A model generated the notes under the pieces. The model had not been told where the DNA came from. It saw only the letters and a list, made by a program, of their open reading frames with translations, and did not search any database. Below are positions 12,681 to 26,816 of a DNA stretch of 64,000 nt, piece by piece. Position 1 is the first letter of the stretch. The number at the start of each line of letters is the position of its first letter. The position numbers and the translations under genes are program-made. Origin of the DNA: Octopus vulgaris (taxonomy: Eukaryota); contig OX597825.1 of the NCBI GenBank assembly GCA_951406725.2, positions 45,322,001 to 45,386,000 on the forward strand, read 5' to 3'.

Positions 12681-14184
12681 GACACACACACATGTACATG
12701 CACACACACAAATGATGGATAGACTTAGAGATGGATGGATGGATGAATGGACAGAGAGACAGATGGATGAACGGATGGATGAAAGGACCAATCAATCAAT
12801 CAATACACATATGTAGGTATGCATATGGTTTTCTATTCATATGTAATATCAACAACTTCAGAAATCTAAATTAATAACTGCTAAGCTCTAACTAAAACTT
12901 TGTTAAATTGTAACTTGCTTCCACTTATACTTTTTAATTAAAAATTTGACGAGAGCTGTATCATGATTCACTGACACAAATAGCACATTTGATTATATTT
13001 CTATTTTTCTCCCCAAGGAATGAATATGATATGTCTGTTCAAATTCAGGCAACTAGAAAAGATGATAAAAATTCATTCAATATTACAGAAATGCTATTTC
13101 AAATATTTCATTTAACAGAATATTCTAAATTGTATCATGTTTATGATTAGAGCTTTCTTTTATTTCTCTTTTTATCTTTCATTTGTTTGATTCTTTCTTT
13201 TTAAAGAAGAAAGAAGAAAAATCTGTTTTCTCAAAGATATTCAACAGCTATAACAAAGCTTAGTGGTTGTGTGTTACAAAATATAAAAAAGGATACTAAA
13301 TATGATAAATACTCTACTTGACAAGTATATAATAGTGTTGAAAAGAAAAGCAAACAAAGTATCTTTAAACCATACATCTGCAACTGAACTTTCCATATTG
13401 TTTGTACTTTGCTTACTTTTAACATTTTATCTGTCTAGATTAACTAAAATTCCCAACCAAGCCTTCAAATTAATAAGACATTTATTTTCCTCTTCTTATT
13501 TAAGTTTTTGTTTTTTATTTCAAGAGCTTTCTCGTGTGTATTAAGTACAGCAGTACAAGTTGTCAATAGCAGACATTTTTAAACTGCATGACAGAAAGAG
13601 GTCATCTAATCATTAAAATTTTTTTTTGTTATGTTTTCAAGGATTCAACCTCCAATATTTTCAATTGAAACTTTAATTATTTTTAAAATATGGCTGTAGT
13701 CCTGCAAAACAGATTTATCAAAGGCTCAAACTAGAATTCTTTAACCATGTATTCTTCAAATTTGAGATTGAAGTGAAAAATATAAAAATTGAAATAATTC
13801 TGTAACTTCAAAAACAGTTTCAACTAATTATAGATGAATAACATAAAACCAAACTCTAGCTATTTTTCATCTTGTAATATATTATTTTTTCCCATTTGTT
13901 GGCTACATAGGAAAATGTTCATACAAAATATAAATTGTTGGATATCTATTCAGCTTTGATAAAATTATTACCACTCTATACCTAATATTGAGTACTTTTT
14001 ATTGTACATATATATTTGTTTGGCCAAAATGTTTCTTTGGTTTTTCCCTTTGTGCATACAATACCCCTTAGATACATGACACCATTCATTTTTTTCTCTA
14101 GTACATGCATACTTGTTGGATAGCTAACACAGTTCAATGCAAACTTGCAATGGGACAGGTTGTATTTTATATACTTGATATCAC

Positions 14185-15185
14185 TCTGAAAATGGAGAAC
14201 CAAAACAAACATTATTGACACATACTTTTTTTAATTTTAAATAAAGCAAAAAAAGCAGTAGGAATCAGCAGGAAGATGTGTGCTGTATATGGAAAGGATG
14301 CTGTTATTGAACACATGCTTCAAAAGCAGTTTTTAAGATTTCAATCAATAAATTTTTCTCTTCAAAATGCACGTCACTCTGGCCAGCCAACAGAGACAAA
14401 GTGAAGGAGTTAATCAAGACCAAACTCTGTTATACAACCAGGATGATTGCAAATATTCTCCAAATACCCAAATCAAGTGTTGAAAACTAGTTGCATCAAT
14501 TTGATTATGTCAGCAGGTTCAAGGTTTGTGTCCCACAGCAACTGAATGAGGAGAATATAACCAAATGAATCTCCATCCTTGATTCATTGCAAATGTGTGA
14601 AGAATCTCTTTTTTGAAGAGAATGGTGACAGGATGAAACATGGATTGTCTCTAACAATGTGGAGTGCAAACAATCATGTTTGGGAGGCGAGGCAAATCAC
14701 AGCAAACAACCTCCAAAACAGAACTTTGCTCAAGGAAGGTTATGTTTTCAATTTGATGGGATTGGAAGAGTGGTGTCTTTTATGGGGTTCTTTTCATGAA
14801 CAAGACCATCAATTTGAATGTATACAGTGACCAGCTGGACAAATTAAACGCTGCAATCCATCTAAGGGTATTGTCTTTAGTCACAACAATACCAGACCGC
14901 ATACTTCTTTGCAGATGTAGTAGACTTTACTAGGTCTAGAAGGAGAAGTTTTGTCTCACCCAACTGAGTACCTTCACAGTTTCATCTGCTTTGATATCTT
15001 CAAACTATATTGAATGAACAGAGCTTTAACTCTGGATAGGATGTAAAACTTTACCTAGAAGAGTTCTTCACCAGTAAAAACAGGAAATTTTTTGAGCAGG
15101 GAATAATGGATCTGCTCACATGATGGCAGAATATACTGAAACTAAGTGGTAATTATATCATTAATAAAATAAATTGCTTGAGGTT
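14185..15185 (+). mobile_element. Decayed mariner transposon
   Basis: Remnant peptides SLQNARHSGQP, CVPQQL (WVPHEL-like), KVM.SI*WDWKSGV, HNNTRPHTS, many stops and frameshifts. Confidence 0.6.
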
Positions 15186-15194
15186 TAAAACTTC

Positions 15195-18100
15195 TGAGGG
15201 TGAACCGGAAGAAGAGGGTTATATTGGCAAAGGTCAAGGGACTGACCGGAAGAGGAAGCGTTAGAAGGGAAGTGTTGGGGGAACAGGACAGGGTCGTCCA
15301 CTTTTGGCCGGCCAAGGCATCACAAACAGACGTGAGGGAATTCGCTCTCAGGTTGGTGAGATAGCAGCTGCTTATACTGGGTGACAGGGTAGGGCAGGAT
15401 CACCAAAGTGACTACTACTAGATAGGTACAGATGAGAGAAGGTAGGTAAACCTCTTTTCATTTCCCATGCATGACAAGCTATTTCGGCAATTGCATACAG
15501 ACATCGTTGTCCCCTTGATCTATGATGGCAACAAAGATAAGGATCGGCAGTGATGGCAAAGGCTGGATTCAAAACGTCAAAGTTGTGGCCAGGCTACAAG
15601 GCATCAAAGATGTAGTGAGCCTCATGGCCTTGTATTTGGAGAGGAGTGCACTGGCACTGTACCTTGAAATGGACGAAGAAGAACAGCTGAGTGCAGCAAA
15701 GATCAAGCAGCGCATGAGAGAGGCTTACACACTAATGGAGAGTACATCACTTTTGCTAAGCTGGGAATGATTAGATGGAGAGGGGAACAGGTCAACAAAT
15801 ACGCTGCAGAGATATGAAGGCTGGTTGTGTCATCTGGTCTTTTGTGAATGGCTTTCCCAACGACATGTCGGTGTGACTACAACAGTTGCCAGGCAGCAAC
15901 AAAATGGTAATGAGTGAGCTCATCGTTCAAGCCTACATGTTGACACAAGACACTGGAGAGAAGGCTGTGGTGATGGCGGCTGCAGAAGCCTGTGAATCTG
16001 CATGACGGCTGGAGAAGGACAAAAAGAGGCCTGCTGTGGAATAACAGTGGCAGTTCACAGGCCAGTGTTTTAAGTGCCAAGGACCACACATGGCAAGGAA
16101 CTGCAAAGAGCCTGGACAGGTTTACTACCAGTGCAAACAAACTGGGCATATATCGTCCGAAATTGTAACCAGGGAAAAAGCCACAGAGAAGTTGTTTCCC
16201 AAACTTCTCCTGCAAATGAGCAGAGGCATTGGTGAAGTCACTGCCCATAGTTGAAGTCGTTGGTCAGGGGAAACACGTTCAAAGCTCTCATGGACATGGA
16301 CTGCACGAAAACTCACATGACCCTGAGGGTGACAAAGAAATGGAAAAGTATGAGTAGCATTCAGGCAGTCGATGGCAGCAAAATCAAATGCAAAGGTAGC
16401 AGCGATGTGGATATAGTGGTGCAAGGCACAACGCTAAGGCTCTGGGTGATCGTGATCAATGTGGTAATGGATATGGATGCAATCGACCGCTTTGGAGGTG
16501 TCAGTGTTGGGGGAGACATGGTTTCGTTTGGTACCATGGAGGCGTCGTGTGCTGTGAGTCAGGAATGTGAGCAGTCACTGCCTACGCCATTGAAGATAAG
16601 GATTTTTGGGCAGTGTTCAGAAGAGGTAGAGAAGTGGATTAAGGAAAGTGTCCCATGGAAAGAGGAGGTGATGAGTGGAGTACCACCTCTAATGACAGTG
16701 GTGCAGTCAACAAAGGGTAAAGTTAGACCAGTGCTGGACTTTCGGGACATGAATGGCCATGTATCATGCCACACAAGCGGTGAAGCATCTGATGTCTGCG
16801 ATGAGACGCTGCATGTATGGGGGCAGTCAACTAAGGTGGCGATGATTGTTGACTTGAAGTCAGCATGTTTGCAGCTCCAAGTGAGCAACAAACTGTGGCA
16901 GTACCGACTGGTGTGATACAAGGGCTGGACATATTGTCTGACAAGGCTGAGTTTTGGACTGAATTCTGTGTCAAAGATCATAGCAAAAGTGCTCAAATCC
17001 ATCCTGGAAAGGTGGATAGGATAAGAAGGGCCACCTGTTCCTACATATATGACATCCTAGTGGACGAGACTGTAGTGACTGCCACAGAGGTTGTGAGACA
17101 TTTGAAGAAATTTGGGTTGATTGTGAAGCCACTGGAGCCAATGGTTGGAGGAGCTGCACAGGCAAGGAGACAGAACAGGTGAGTTAGTGTTTCATAGGGG
17201 GAACATGATCTCAGAGCAGGAGAAAACTGTTCTCAATGTGCGGGAAGTTAGTAGGTCACTACACAATCGCGGGGTGGCTGCATACGGCATGCAGTTACAC
17301 CAGGAGATGAGCAGAAGGGGAGAACTGGAGTGACAAGGTGGCGATGATGTGAGAAATCCTGGAGAGAACAAGAGCAGAAGACCTAGTCAGGGGGAATTGG
17401 CACATGCCCAAATTGGATAGTGGGACCGTATGGTGTGATGCTAGCAATATTGCGATAGTCGTCGTGTTGGAAATTGGAGGTACCGAACTGGAGGATGCGG
17501 CCTGGCTTTGAAAAGCAGACAACTACAACCACATCAATGTCACTGAGTTGGATGCAATGCCGAAAGGAGTGAATCTGGCCCTGAAATGGGGGTTGTGCTC
17601 CAATAAAATCAGGACAGATTCAGCTACAGTGCTTGGCTGTGTAGGATTGGTGAACGCCGATGAGAAGAGGGTGCAAACTAAAGGGGCTGCAGAAATGCTA
17701 GTGAAGTGCTGCCTAGGGATTCTAGGGGAGATGATTGGCGAGTTCAGCCTGAAGCTGAATGTAGTCTTTGTGCCTTCAGAGAGAAACAAAGCAGATGCTT
17801 TAAGCAGGGTAAAAAAGGCCTGCTTAGGGGAGCCGGAAGAATCAAAGCAAGGAGTAGCTGCAGTGTGTCAGTTAAATGACTCCAAGCTAAGGAGACTGCA
17901 TGCCATGCATCATATGGGCATGGATAGGACCCTGTATCTCGCCAGGAGGATTGATGCCGACATTACCAGATGGTACATCCAGAAGGTGATCAGGAACTGC
18001 GACAGGTGTCAATCCATCAACCCTGCTCTGGGTGTGCATGAGCAGGAAAACGTTTCAGTAGAGTACAACTAGAGATGATTAGCAGTGGATGTAACACACT

Positions 18101-19004
18101 ACAGGCAGGGGACGTATCTCTCGATGGTCAATTATGGGCCAGGCCGGATAACCATTTGGAGGGAAATGAGGACAGGCACTGCAGATGAGATGGTACATAT
18201 TCTAAGTGAGGTATTCTTAGAGTGGGGCCCTGTGGATGAATTGCTGTTGGACAATAGAACAGCATTTCATTTGGAGGCACTGAAGGAGATGCTTGACAGG
18301 TGGAAAGTGCAACACTTTTTCAGAGTGACATACAGGCTGAATGGAAATGAGATTGGGAAGAGACATCATCGAATGATCAAGGCCATGGTGGAGAGGGGAC
18401 ATGTCTTGCCGCCGGAAGCAGTGTTCTGGTACAACATGTTGCCTAGATCAGAACAGGCTGAAGAGTCCATGCCACATAGAGCAATATTCAAATATGAATG
18501 GCAGCATCTGAGTAAACCCTTGAGATGTCCTGTAGAAAAGAAAGGGCCTGTCTTCATGGAGGTGGGTGATGAAGTCTGGGTAAAGCCACCAAAGGCATGC
18601 TGCACAACTCAATGGAACAGAGGAACAGTAACGGCTGTCAATTCCAAAAGTATCATCTCTGTGGATGGAATGCCGTGTCATGTCTTCGATGTTCGTAGGA
18701 TTGTTGCTTCATCAGATGATGATTGTGAAGAAGAGGAAGAGAATGAGATTCCCAATTTAAGAAAATCACGTGTAAAGCGCCCACCCAGGTGGGTGGTAGA
18801 TTTTGACATGAAGTGAAGTGAGGAGGTGATCTTTGAGATCAGGGGCCATGTGGGGATGAGCCTGAAGAAGAGGGCCATGATATCAATGGTCAAGGGACTG
18901 ACTGGAAGAAGAAGCAGGAGAAGGTAAATGCAGGGCGGACAGGACAGGGTCGTCCTCTTTTGGCTGGCCGAGGTATCGCAAATGGACATGAGGCAATTCA
19001 CTCG
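15195..19004 (+). mobile_element. Compact Ty3/Gypsy LTR retrotransposon, decayed (gag-CCHC, PR, RT, RH, IN); 3' LTR truncated
   Basis: LTR pair 15195-~15350 vs 18849-19004 clearly homologous; zinc knuckles CF.CQGPH.ARNC and CKQTGHISSE; ALMDMDCT, RPVLDFRDMN, DLKSACLQL, SYIYDILV, VWCDAS, integrase DVTHY..LLDN. Confidence 0.9.
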
Positions 19005-19334
19005 TGCGTTTCTCACCAAAAACAATATGGTATCACTTCTGCACCTGCCCCATTCACCTGATCTAGCATCTGTGGAATTCTATCTCTTCATTAAGATGAA
19101 AATGTAGCTCAAAGGTCACCATTTTAACACTGTTGTCAAGATCCAGAGTAAATCGCAGAAGGTCCTCAACTTACTTCCAGAAAATTACTTCTAGGCTGGA
19201 TTCCAAAAATGGCAGGAATGCTGCATATTGCTGTGTAAGGTGACTTTTTCAAAGGAGATGATGTTAAAACTTAGGTAAATAAGTTATTTTTTATTAAACA
19301 TAACTAGTCTAGGAACCTTTTGATACTACCTTAT
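19005..19334 (+). mobile_element. Mariner 3' end fragment with TIR remnant
   Basis: FLTKNNMVSLLHLPHSPDLASVEFYLF (HPPYSPDLAP-like); ends GGAACCTTTTGATACTACCTTA. Confidence 0.7.
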
Positions 19335-20084
19335 ATGTTCAACATAGTCAGCTACAACAAACAGTGCTTAATAAGGGTCTTCAAAGTGTTGTTACAGCTG
19401 TCTCCTTCAGTCTGGAATAAATTTAGTTAGCAGCCAGCTTATTAGATGTATAGTAAATGATATACTAATATTACAATAATCTTGGACAGTTATAATTGTC
19501 TCTCTGATATTCTTTGTATAACATGCAGTTACATAATAATCCAGAAATCGCAATACACAGATATTGTTTTGAGATGAGTGGAGGTGCTAAATGCCCTTGT
19601 TTGAAAATATAAGGACACAGATTGTGTCGTATAGCCAGCTGAAGATAATATTTCCTGAGGCTAAATTACAGCAACATTCATCCAAAACCAGCACTGAAAT
19701 GTTATGTTGGCAAATAATCTTTACTCTAGTTACATACTGTTATATACAATTTTGAAAAATTTATAATAACAACAAATTCAAATATAATCCAATTCTTCAC
19801 CATATCTACACCATCTGAAGCATATTTGTAGAAAAGTTCATTAAAATATATCCATGTTTCTGAAAGTTATGAGGAAAGAAATCCGTAGGGGCATATATGT
19901 GTAGGGGCATATCTATGCTTCAGCTAACTCTGGCTGATTACTGTGTATCATTGCACATGCATTACAAGAAGTCTGTAATAAGCATGAATTATTTTAAATA
20001 ATAGTAAATATATACACACACGTGCAAAAGACAAAGAATAGAGTTTGAAATTATTTCCTTATAGTATCCTAACACTTGTTTCTA

Positions 20085-22727
20085 TGACAATTATGTGGTA
20101 ATCAATTTCTAATTGTCACTGAAACACATGTAAGGATGCTATATTGAAATGCTCGAACAGAAGCATGTAGATTTGTGTTGCATCTAAGAGATAAGGTGGA
20201 GAGGAGGTACTGCTAGGTTCCTCACAGGCAATGAACATAGTTATAAGATCTTTTGGGTAGCAAACAGTGATAGGGTTGGGGACATGGGTATACACCTTGC
20301 TGAGAAATGGATTGATAAGATAACCGAGGTAGTCAGAGTCTGTGATAGAATACTTAAGCTTAGACTAGTGCTGCAGTATGGGATAACAACTATTATCTTG
20401 GCCTATACCCCTCAGTCAGGTCTACCTGATGAACAGAAAGACTGATTTTATGACACCCTCTCGCAGACAACCTCGTTGACGAGTGACAGGGACCTTCTCT
20501 TTATGGCGGTGACTTCAATGGGCATGCTGGACAACATCTGGGCAACTTCTATGGTGTACATGGTGGCATCGGATTTGGTACCCATAATGAGGAGGGAACC
20601 AGGCTGCTTGAGTTCTGATGCAAATGATCTGTTATACTAACTTCAGGAAACCTGTCAGTCACTTGTTCACCTAACAGTTGGGTGGGCACACTAGTCAGAT
20701 TGATTACATTCTCGCCATGAAACAGGAGAGATGGCTACTTATAAATGCCAAAACCTTCCCAGGTGAAGAATGTACCCCACAACATAGGTTAGTTGTTGGC
20801 AACCTCAGGATCAGGGTTAAATGGGTGCTCAGAAGACAACCTGTGTGGAAAGGAAGGGTCTGAAAGTTTAAGGATCTTCTGAATGGACAGAGATTTAGAG
20901 ATGTATTACTTGAAACTTTTGACGAAATAGAGGAAAGTATAGCTTCACATAACATGGAGGACAACTGGAGGTTCCTATGGGTCAACCTGTTAAGGGCTAC
21001 TGACCAGACCTGTGACTGGTGCAAAATCCCCTCTTGACCTAAAGTGACATTGTGGTAAAACAATGTAGTTGACAGGGCCACTAAGGACAAGAAACAGGCC
21101 TAGAAGGACTGGAAGTGGGGGGGGAGGGTAGCAGGGAATTGTATCAGATAACCAGAAGGGAAGCTAGGAGACAGGTTTACTTAGCCAGAGGGCAAGCAGA
21201 AAAGAAAAGATTTGCAAATGTTCTGCATCATGAGAACCAGAGACTTGAAGTGTTTCAAATTGCAAGACACTGTGTGAGAGAGAATCATGATATCATAGGA
21301 GAGAAATGTGTCTGCATGGATGATGGCTCACTTGTATTTAATGGGGCTGCAAAGAAAGAGACTTGGAGATGCCACTATGAGAGGTTGTTAAATGAAGAGA
21401 ATGAATTGGGGAGAGAGAGTCTGCCAAATGTTGACCTAACTGAGAGATCAGCTGTTCAAATTGACAGTACTTTGGTAGATAAAGCAACTAAAGATATGAA
21501 GACAGGGAAAGACTCTGGCCCATCAGGAATCACCACTGAGATGCTTAAAATATCTGGAAGTGTAGGCTATGATCTAGTTACCCATATAGTTAACCAGGAG
21601 TCATATCCAATGACAGGTGTGTCAGCAACATAGTCAACTGCAACAAAGCTAAAGGTGATGCTTTAGACAGAAATAATTACAGAGGTATCAAAATGTTGGA
21701 TCAGGTGATTGAAGTTGCAGAGAGGATCATAGCCTAACTAATTAGGGAGAGTGTTAGTTTAGATGAGATGCAGTTTGGGTGTGTGCCAGGTAGAAGCATT
21801 ACTAACGCTATATTTCTGGTAAGACAGCTGCAAGAAAAATTCCTAGCCAAAGATAAACCTCTGTACTTGGCTTTTGCTTTGACCAGGTCCCACGATACCT
21901 TATCTGGTGGTCAATGCAGAAATTAGGGATAGATGAGTGGTTGGTGAGAGCTGTACAAGCCATGTACAGGGATGCTGTCAGTAAGGTGAGGGTACAAGTA
22001 CAGCAAAGAATTTAGGTTACAAGAAGGGGTTCAACAAGGATCAGTCCTCAGCCCCCTCTTATTCATTATAGTCCTCCAGGCAATAACAGAGGGATTCAAG
22101 ATAGGCTACCCCTGGGAGCTCCTCTATGCTGGAAGCTCCTCTATGCTGATGACCATACTCTTATAGCTGAATCACTACCAGAACTAGAAAAGTTACAGGT
22201 GTAGAAGCAAGGTCTAGAATCAAAGGGCCTTAGAATAAAACTAGCAAAAACCAAAGTATTAGTGAGTAGGAAGATGGACAAATAACAAATCCCTTCAGGT
22301 AGCAGCCCTATTGAATCTGTAGAAAAGGCAAGGCGAAGGTAGAAACTCCATAAGATGTACCCAGTGTAAACTATGGACATGTAAGAAGTGCAGCAATATC
22401 AGAGGAAGGTTAATGGGGAAGATAGTTTTTGTGTATGAAAGGTGCACAGGTACAATAAACACCAAAAATGTACAGAAAATAAATTCCATCATAAGCCAGG
22501 GGAAAAGAATAGTAGTCGATAGCTTCTGTTACCTAGGTAACCAAGTCACTAGCGACGGTGGATGATCCAAGAGCATAGCTGCTAGAATAAGAATAGGCTG
22601 GGCAAAGTTCAGAGAGTTCCTACCTCTGTTGGTAACAAAGGGCCTCTCTCTCAGAGTGAAAGGCAGATTGTATGATGCCTGTATGCGAACAGCCATGCTA
22701 CACAGCATTGAAACATGAGCTGTGATG
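20085..22727 (+). mobile_element. RTE family A, long decayed copy (APE endonuclease + RT)
   Basis: AYTPQ, GDFNGH, SQIDYIL, GPSGITTEML, NYRGIK, QGSVLSPLLF, LYADD. Confidence 0.9.
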
Positions 22728-22729
22728 AG

Positions 22730-23300
22730 ACAATTTAAATTTGAACTTACTTAGCATTAATTTCTGTTGCACAATAGTATATTGCCAATACAAATATAAA
22801 TTTTAAGAAAGAAAGTAAACAATCTAATTTTACTCCTCATAAAAATTTCCATAATTTACATAGCTATATTTGCTCTTCTATAAAAGCATCCAATTTTCTC
22901 ATACCTTCGTAAAGAACTGAATGCATATCTAGAGTAAACATCACTTTTCTCTCTGATGAAGGGGGCATTCTCTGGATGAATGAGCTCCAGAAATGATTGT
23001 CGGAACACTATACTTCTTCTAACATGTAACCAAAAACTCTTTTTAATGCCTATTACTATACCATATTTAAAATTTTTTTTTAAACATTTTTTATCTATAT
23101 TCCACTATTATTTTTATCTATATTCCATTATTTATGTATCTATATGTCCATGTATATTTTTAGGATTCATATATTTTTATATTTCTATATATCTCTAATA
23201 TATCAATATATTTTTCAGTTTGGACAATTTTTATTTTATCTTAACTAAACTCGCATATGTCTGCCTGATTTGAACATTTTCCATTCTATCCATTATGCTT
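22730..23300 (+). mobile_element. Penelope-like 3' terminal remnant
   Basis: CQYKYKF C-terminal-like peptide followed by AT-rich pseudo-LTR containing a hammerhead motif. Confidence 0.45.
22945..23006 (+). ncRNA. Degenerate type-I hammerhead ribozyme motif
   Basis: CTGATGA (22953-22959), stem GGGGGCATTC/GAATGAGCTCC, GAAAT-GATT-GTC (22990-23001; GAAAC probably CpG-decayed). Confidence 0.5.
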
Positions 23301-23708
23301 ATATATATACATATATATATCTAGGGTTGAACAAACAGAACACAACAAGGAGAAAAAGTTAGATGAAAGTAGAGCAAACAGGAAACTAGACAAAAACTTA
23401 ACAGACAGGAAATATAGACAAAGACACAGTACACGGAATATTCGCAGCTGAGTCAATGACCCAACATATCATAGTGGTTTTGCGCCATTATTATTGAGAC
23501 CACTCAATCTTAAAGGCACCAGTGCTGTTATTAGAGAGAGAGAGAGAGAATGTGTGTGTGTCTGTTTGTGTGTTCTTATATGTGTATTTACACATTTTTT
23601 CAATCAAGTTATTTATTGAATACCATGACAATTCTCGGAAAAAGACTTTGCTTGCTCCTCTTTGCCTCTTTGGATTTTTATTAGATGATAATATTACAAG
23701 TTATATAA

Positions 23709-23815
23709 GGTGGTGAGCTGGCAGAATTGTTAGCATGCCAGGCTAAATGTTTGGTGGCATTTTGTCTATCTTATGTTCTGAGTTCAAGTTCTGCCAAGGT
23801 CAACTTTGCCTTTAA
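23709..23815 (+). mobile_element. SINE 5' fragment (tRNA-like head)
   Basis: GGTGGTGAGCTGGCAGAATTGTTAGC..GAGTTCAAGTTC (B-box-like)..GGTCAACTTTGCCTTT. Confidence 0.6.
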
Positions 23816-24698
23816 TGACTCAGAGACACCATCTTCGTGAAAAACAATAGGTAAATGTTAAAATGATTAATGCATGGAGCATTAAAAAGCTAACTAAAAA
23901 TAATGTAGTGAGAAAAAAATAACATTATTAGCTTTAATATAGTGTTTTCCATTCTTCAGGAAGTACATGTATTAAGTATGTTTCCCAAGAACGTTGTACA
24001 GTACAAGAGACAATATGAATCTCAGAATCTTTGACCAAGTGGCTTACACTCATAAAATTGTCAAAATTAAGTTCCCTGTTAAGTTATAGAATTAAACACT
24101 AATAGCTACAGTGATCAATCAGTATTTTAGTTTACAGATGCTCCCTACAGTTAATTAGTAGGATGCAAGGGTCTCTCCAGACCACCATATTAAGGTATTC
24201 CAAACTTAATTTGCAACAGAGTTAGGGCACTCAGTTTAACTTCTTAATTTAATTTTAAATCAAGGCTTAATTAGTCAAGAAAAGTTTCAAGAATATTTTA
24301 GATACATTTTTCTGAAATTTGATGAGATTTTTTTTTTAATGGAATATGGTAAATAAATAGAGCTGCCCATGTTTAAAGAGAAATCACTGTAGATAACATC
24401 AAAACAGGCAACATTTTTTTCTTTAATCAGTGATATTAGCAGCTGAACACACTATAGTGAACAGCTGTAGTTGACTATTGCATGTTTATGCAATTGATAG
24501 ATAGCTAATTGAGAGCACTAATGTCTAAATTTGAAAAAGTCTCAGCTACCATGAAAAAACAAAATAAATGGATTTAAAAGAGAAAAAGTTTAAAAAATAA
24601 ATAATGGAAGTATATAAATGGAATATAAAATTGCTTTGAAATTGTTAATTCTTTTAGAAAATGCAACTACAATCAATAGATTTTTTTCTTATACTGAC

Positions 24699-24818
24699 TT
24701 GAAGACCTTCCTCTGCTTTTTTCAAAGTAATACTCAATTCATGGAAGTCAGATTCACACCCAGCACTGCTTTCATAGCTCTCCATTTTCTTCCGTAACTG
24801 ATGCACTTCATCTTGTAC
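24699..24818 (-). CDS. Host gene coding exon, 120 nt, phase 0-0 (VQDEVHQLRKKMESYESSAGCESDFHELSITLKKAEEGLQ); resembles N-terminus of IQCH
   Basis: Acceptor ttgttttgtttatttcag|G and donor CAA|gtcagt; open, coiled-coil-like, non-repeat sequence; IQCH similarity is from memory only. Confidence 0.75.
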
Positions 24819-25521
24819 CTGAAATAAACAAAACAACAATTTATACACTTTATATATGAACACATTTAAAGTTACTATCAAGGAATTTTTTATTAAAACA
24901 TAAATTCAAGAGATGAGCATGTTAGAGAACAGAAACATTGTAAATCCAGCCTTTCTTGAAGTTTAATTAAATTTAATAATCTGTCACACATTGCTTCATT
25001 AAATTTGTAAACAACTAAATGATACTTTCATCCTAAATATGTCACATCAATCCATACCCATTCAATGTATTTGTTAACTCTCCTACTTTTATCAGTTTTA
25101 CTGTTTCATTCCCAGGACCCAGTATCAAGATTTTTTCTTATCTTCTTTTTTTCTTTAGAAGTGCATTCCTCTGAAACTTCCTACTTTTTTTCTATTTTAC
25201 TTAGTAAACAGTTCAAACTGAATATTAAACATACCCTCTTCCTCAGTCTAGAAAAGCCTATCAAGGCTATGGTCATTTCTCCTTGTCCACTGATTAACTA
25301 ATAAAAATAATTACAAAAAGTAATAATTACATAAAAATCAGTCTAGGCAGTGATATCATACAGCAGCAACTAGTATCACTTATAATGTATAATTCTATAT
25401 TTTTTTCTTTTACATGTTTCAGTCACATGAATAATTTTTTCCATTGACCAAAAGTAAGTTTTCAATGAGTTAAGTCTGCTAAGCAGTAATTCCCTGTTGA
25501 AAAATATTTCACTTAACTTAC

Positions 25522-25573
25522 ACTGCTAATATCTTCTTCTGCAGCCTGTGAAATATAGAGCCTTCTGCCTAGT
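25522..25573 (-). CDS. Probable upstream exon of same gene, 52 nt (xLGRRLYISQAAEEDISS)
   Basis: Acceptor tttttttttgttttag|A and donor AGT|gtaagt; the only open frame ends in phase 0 and joins the 24818 exon in frame. Confidence 0.6.
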
Positions 25574-26816
25574 CTAAAACAAAAAAAAATAAAATAAAAT
25601 AAAATAAATAAGATAAAATTTTGCTAATTATTTTGATTTGCTCATTATATTGTCAGTAAAATTGAAGTTTACCACCAATACCACAACTATATCCTTATCA
25701 CATGAGAAAGATCCGTGAAGCTTGTCAGCTACAGTTTTAAATAAATGATAAATCTTGTCGTGGATATGATGTTGAACATTGGAATTAACTTCATCTATGA
25801 CAGTAACTGAATTCAACAAACTAAGTTGCTATATTGTACGCAGCAATGAACTCTACCTCCTCAGCACCCCATAACCAGCAACTGGGCCATTTCAGAAATA
25901 AGTATCTTGCTACAGATACAATGCAGGAGCAGTGACAGTTGAGCTGGTTGCCTACTACTGTCTCAGTAATTTTAGTTTCTTTGATGTTGAAAATACAAGG
26001 CTGTCAATGGTATTAGTAGCAATTGAATTTTGGCAATGCCAAATGTTTAATATTTTACACATTATTCAGAGCAGATTAACATAGCATACACTGTAAGAGA
26101 TTTTAACACATCTGCCAGCATCAATTAAAAACAGAACACTTGATGTGCCCTGTTTAAAATGCCAGATATTTTAATTTTTTTCATATGATATTATGGTGCC
26201 CCAATCCATTTTTTACATGTTATAACACGAAGGGAATTATTATTGCTTTTGTCTATGTCAATGTGTTTAAGCAGACCTACAATCAAAGATATTCCAGCTA
26301 GGAGCATTCCAGGCTTTTGTATACCTACAATATGACCTTCCATTTCATGAGGCAGTAAAGTATGATTTTAGGAAGATTTTGCTATATCTATCAGATTGTG
26401 TGACTACAAAGACTCTTTCATCATCTACTACTATTATTGCTACAACAGCAGCAGAAGAAAAAGAAAAAGCAACTAAACTGATAACAACACTTGTTCAAAG
26501 ATGAGACAAACACAGATATATAATTAATAGGGGAGAAACCACTCGACCTTGAGCACATTCTTCAAAATTGGCATCTTTGCAATAATTTTTTTATTCCCTT
26601 GTGCAATTAAAGTCAAATCTGTAATTTTTTCATTAATCATATGGCCTTGGAAGAACTTTCTAGAGTCATTACTTTATTTGACCAATCACCCATTTTTTAG
26701 AACTATCTGCTCAATCTCGAGTGATGTGTTGGTGGCTGCTGACATTTGAAGAACCAAAACAAACCCTGACATCATAACCTCTCGACACAAGATGATCCTG
26801 TTTCATCGCTTTCATG

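Noticed and set aside
13370-13600. Possible downstream exon with GAT|gtatgg donor
   Set aside because: No polypyrimidine acceptor giving an open frame compatible with the phase-0 upstream exon
26540-26810. Additional minus-strand exon (MINEKITDLT..KMPILKNVLK)
   Set aside because: Weak donor (AAG|gtcgag), no clear acceptor; could be a DNA-transposon remnant; unsupported
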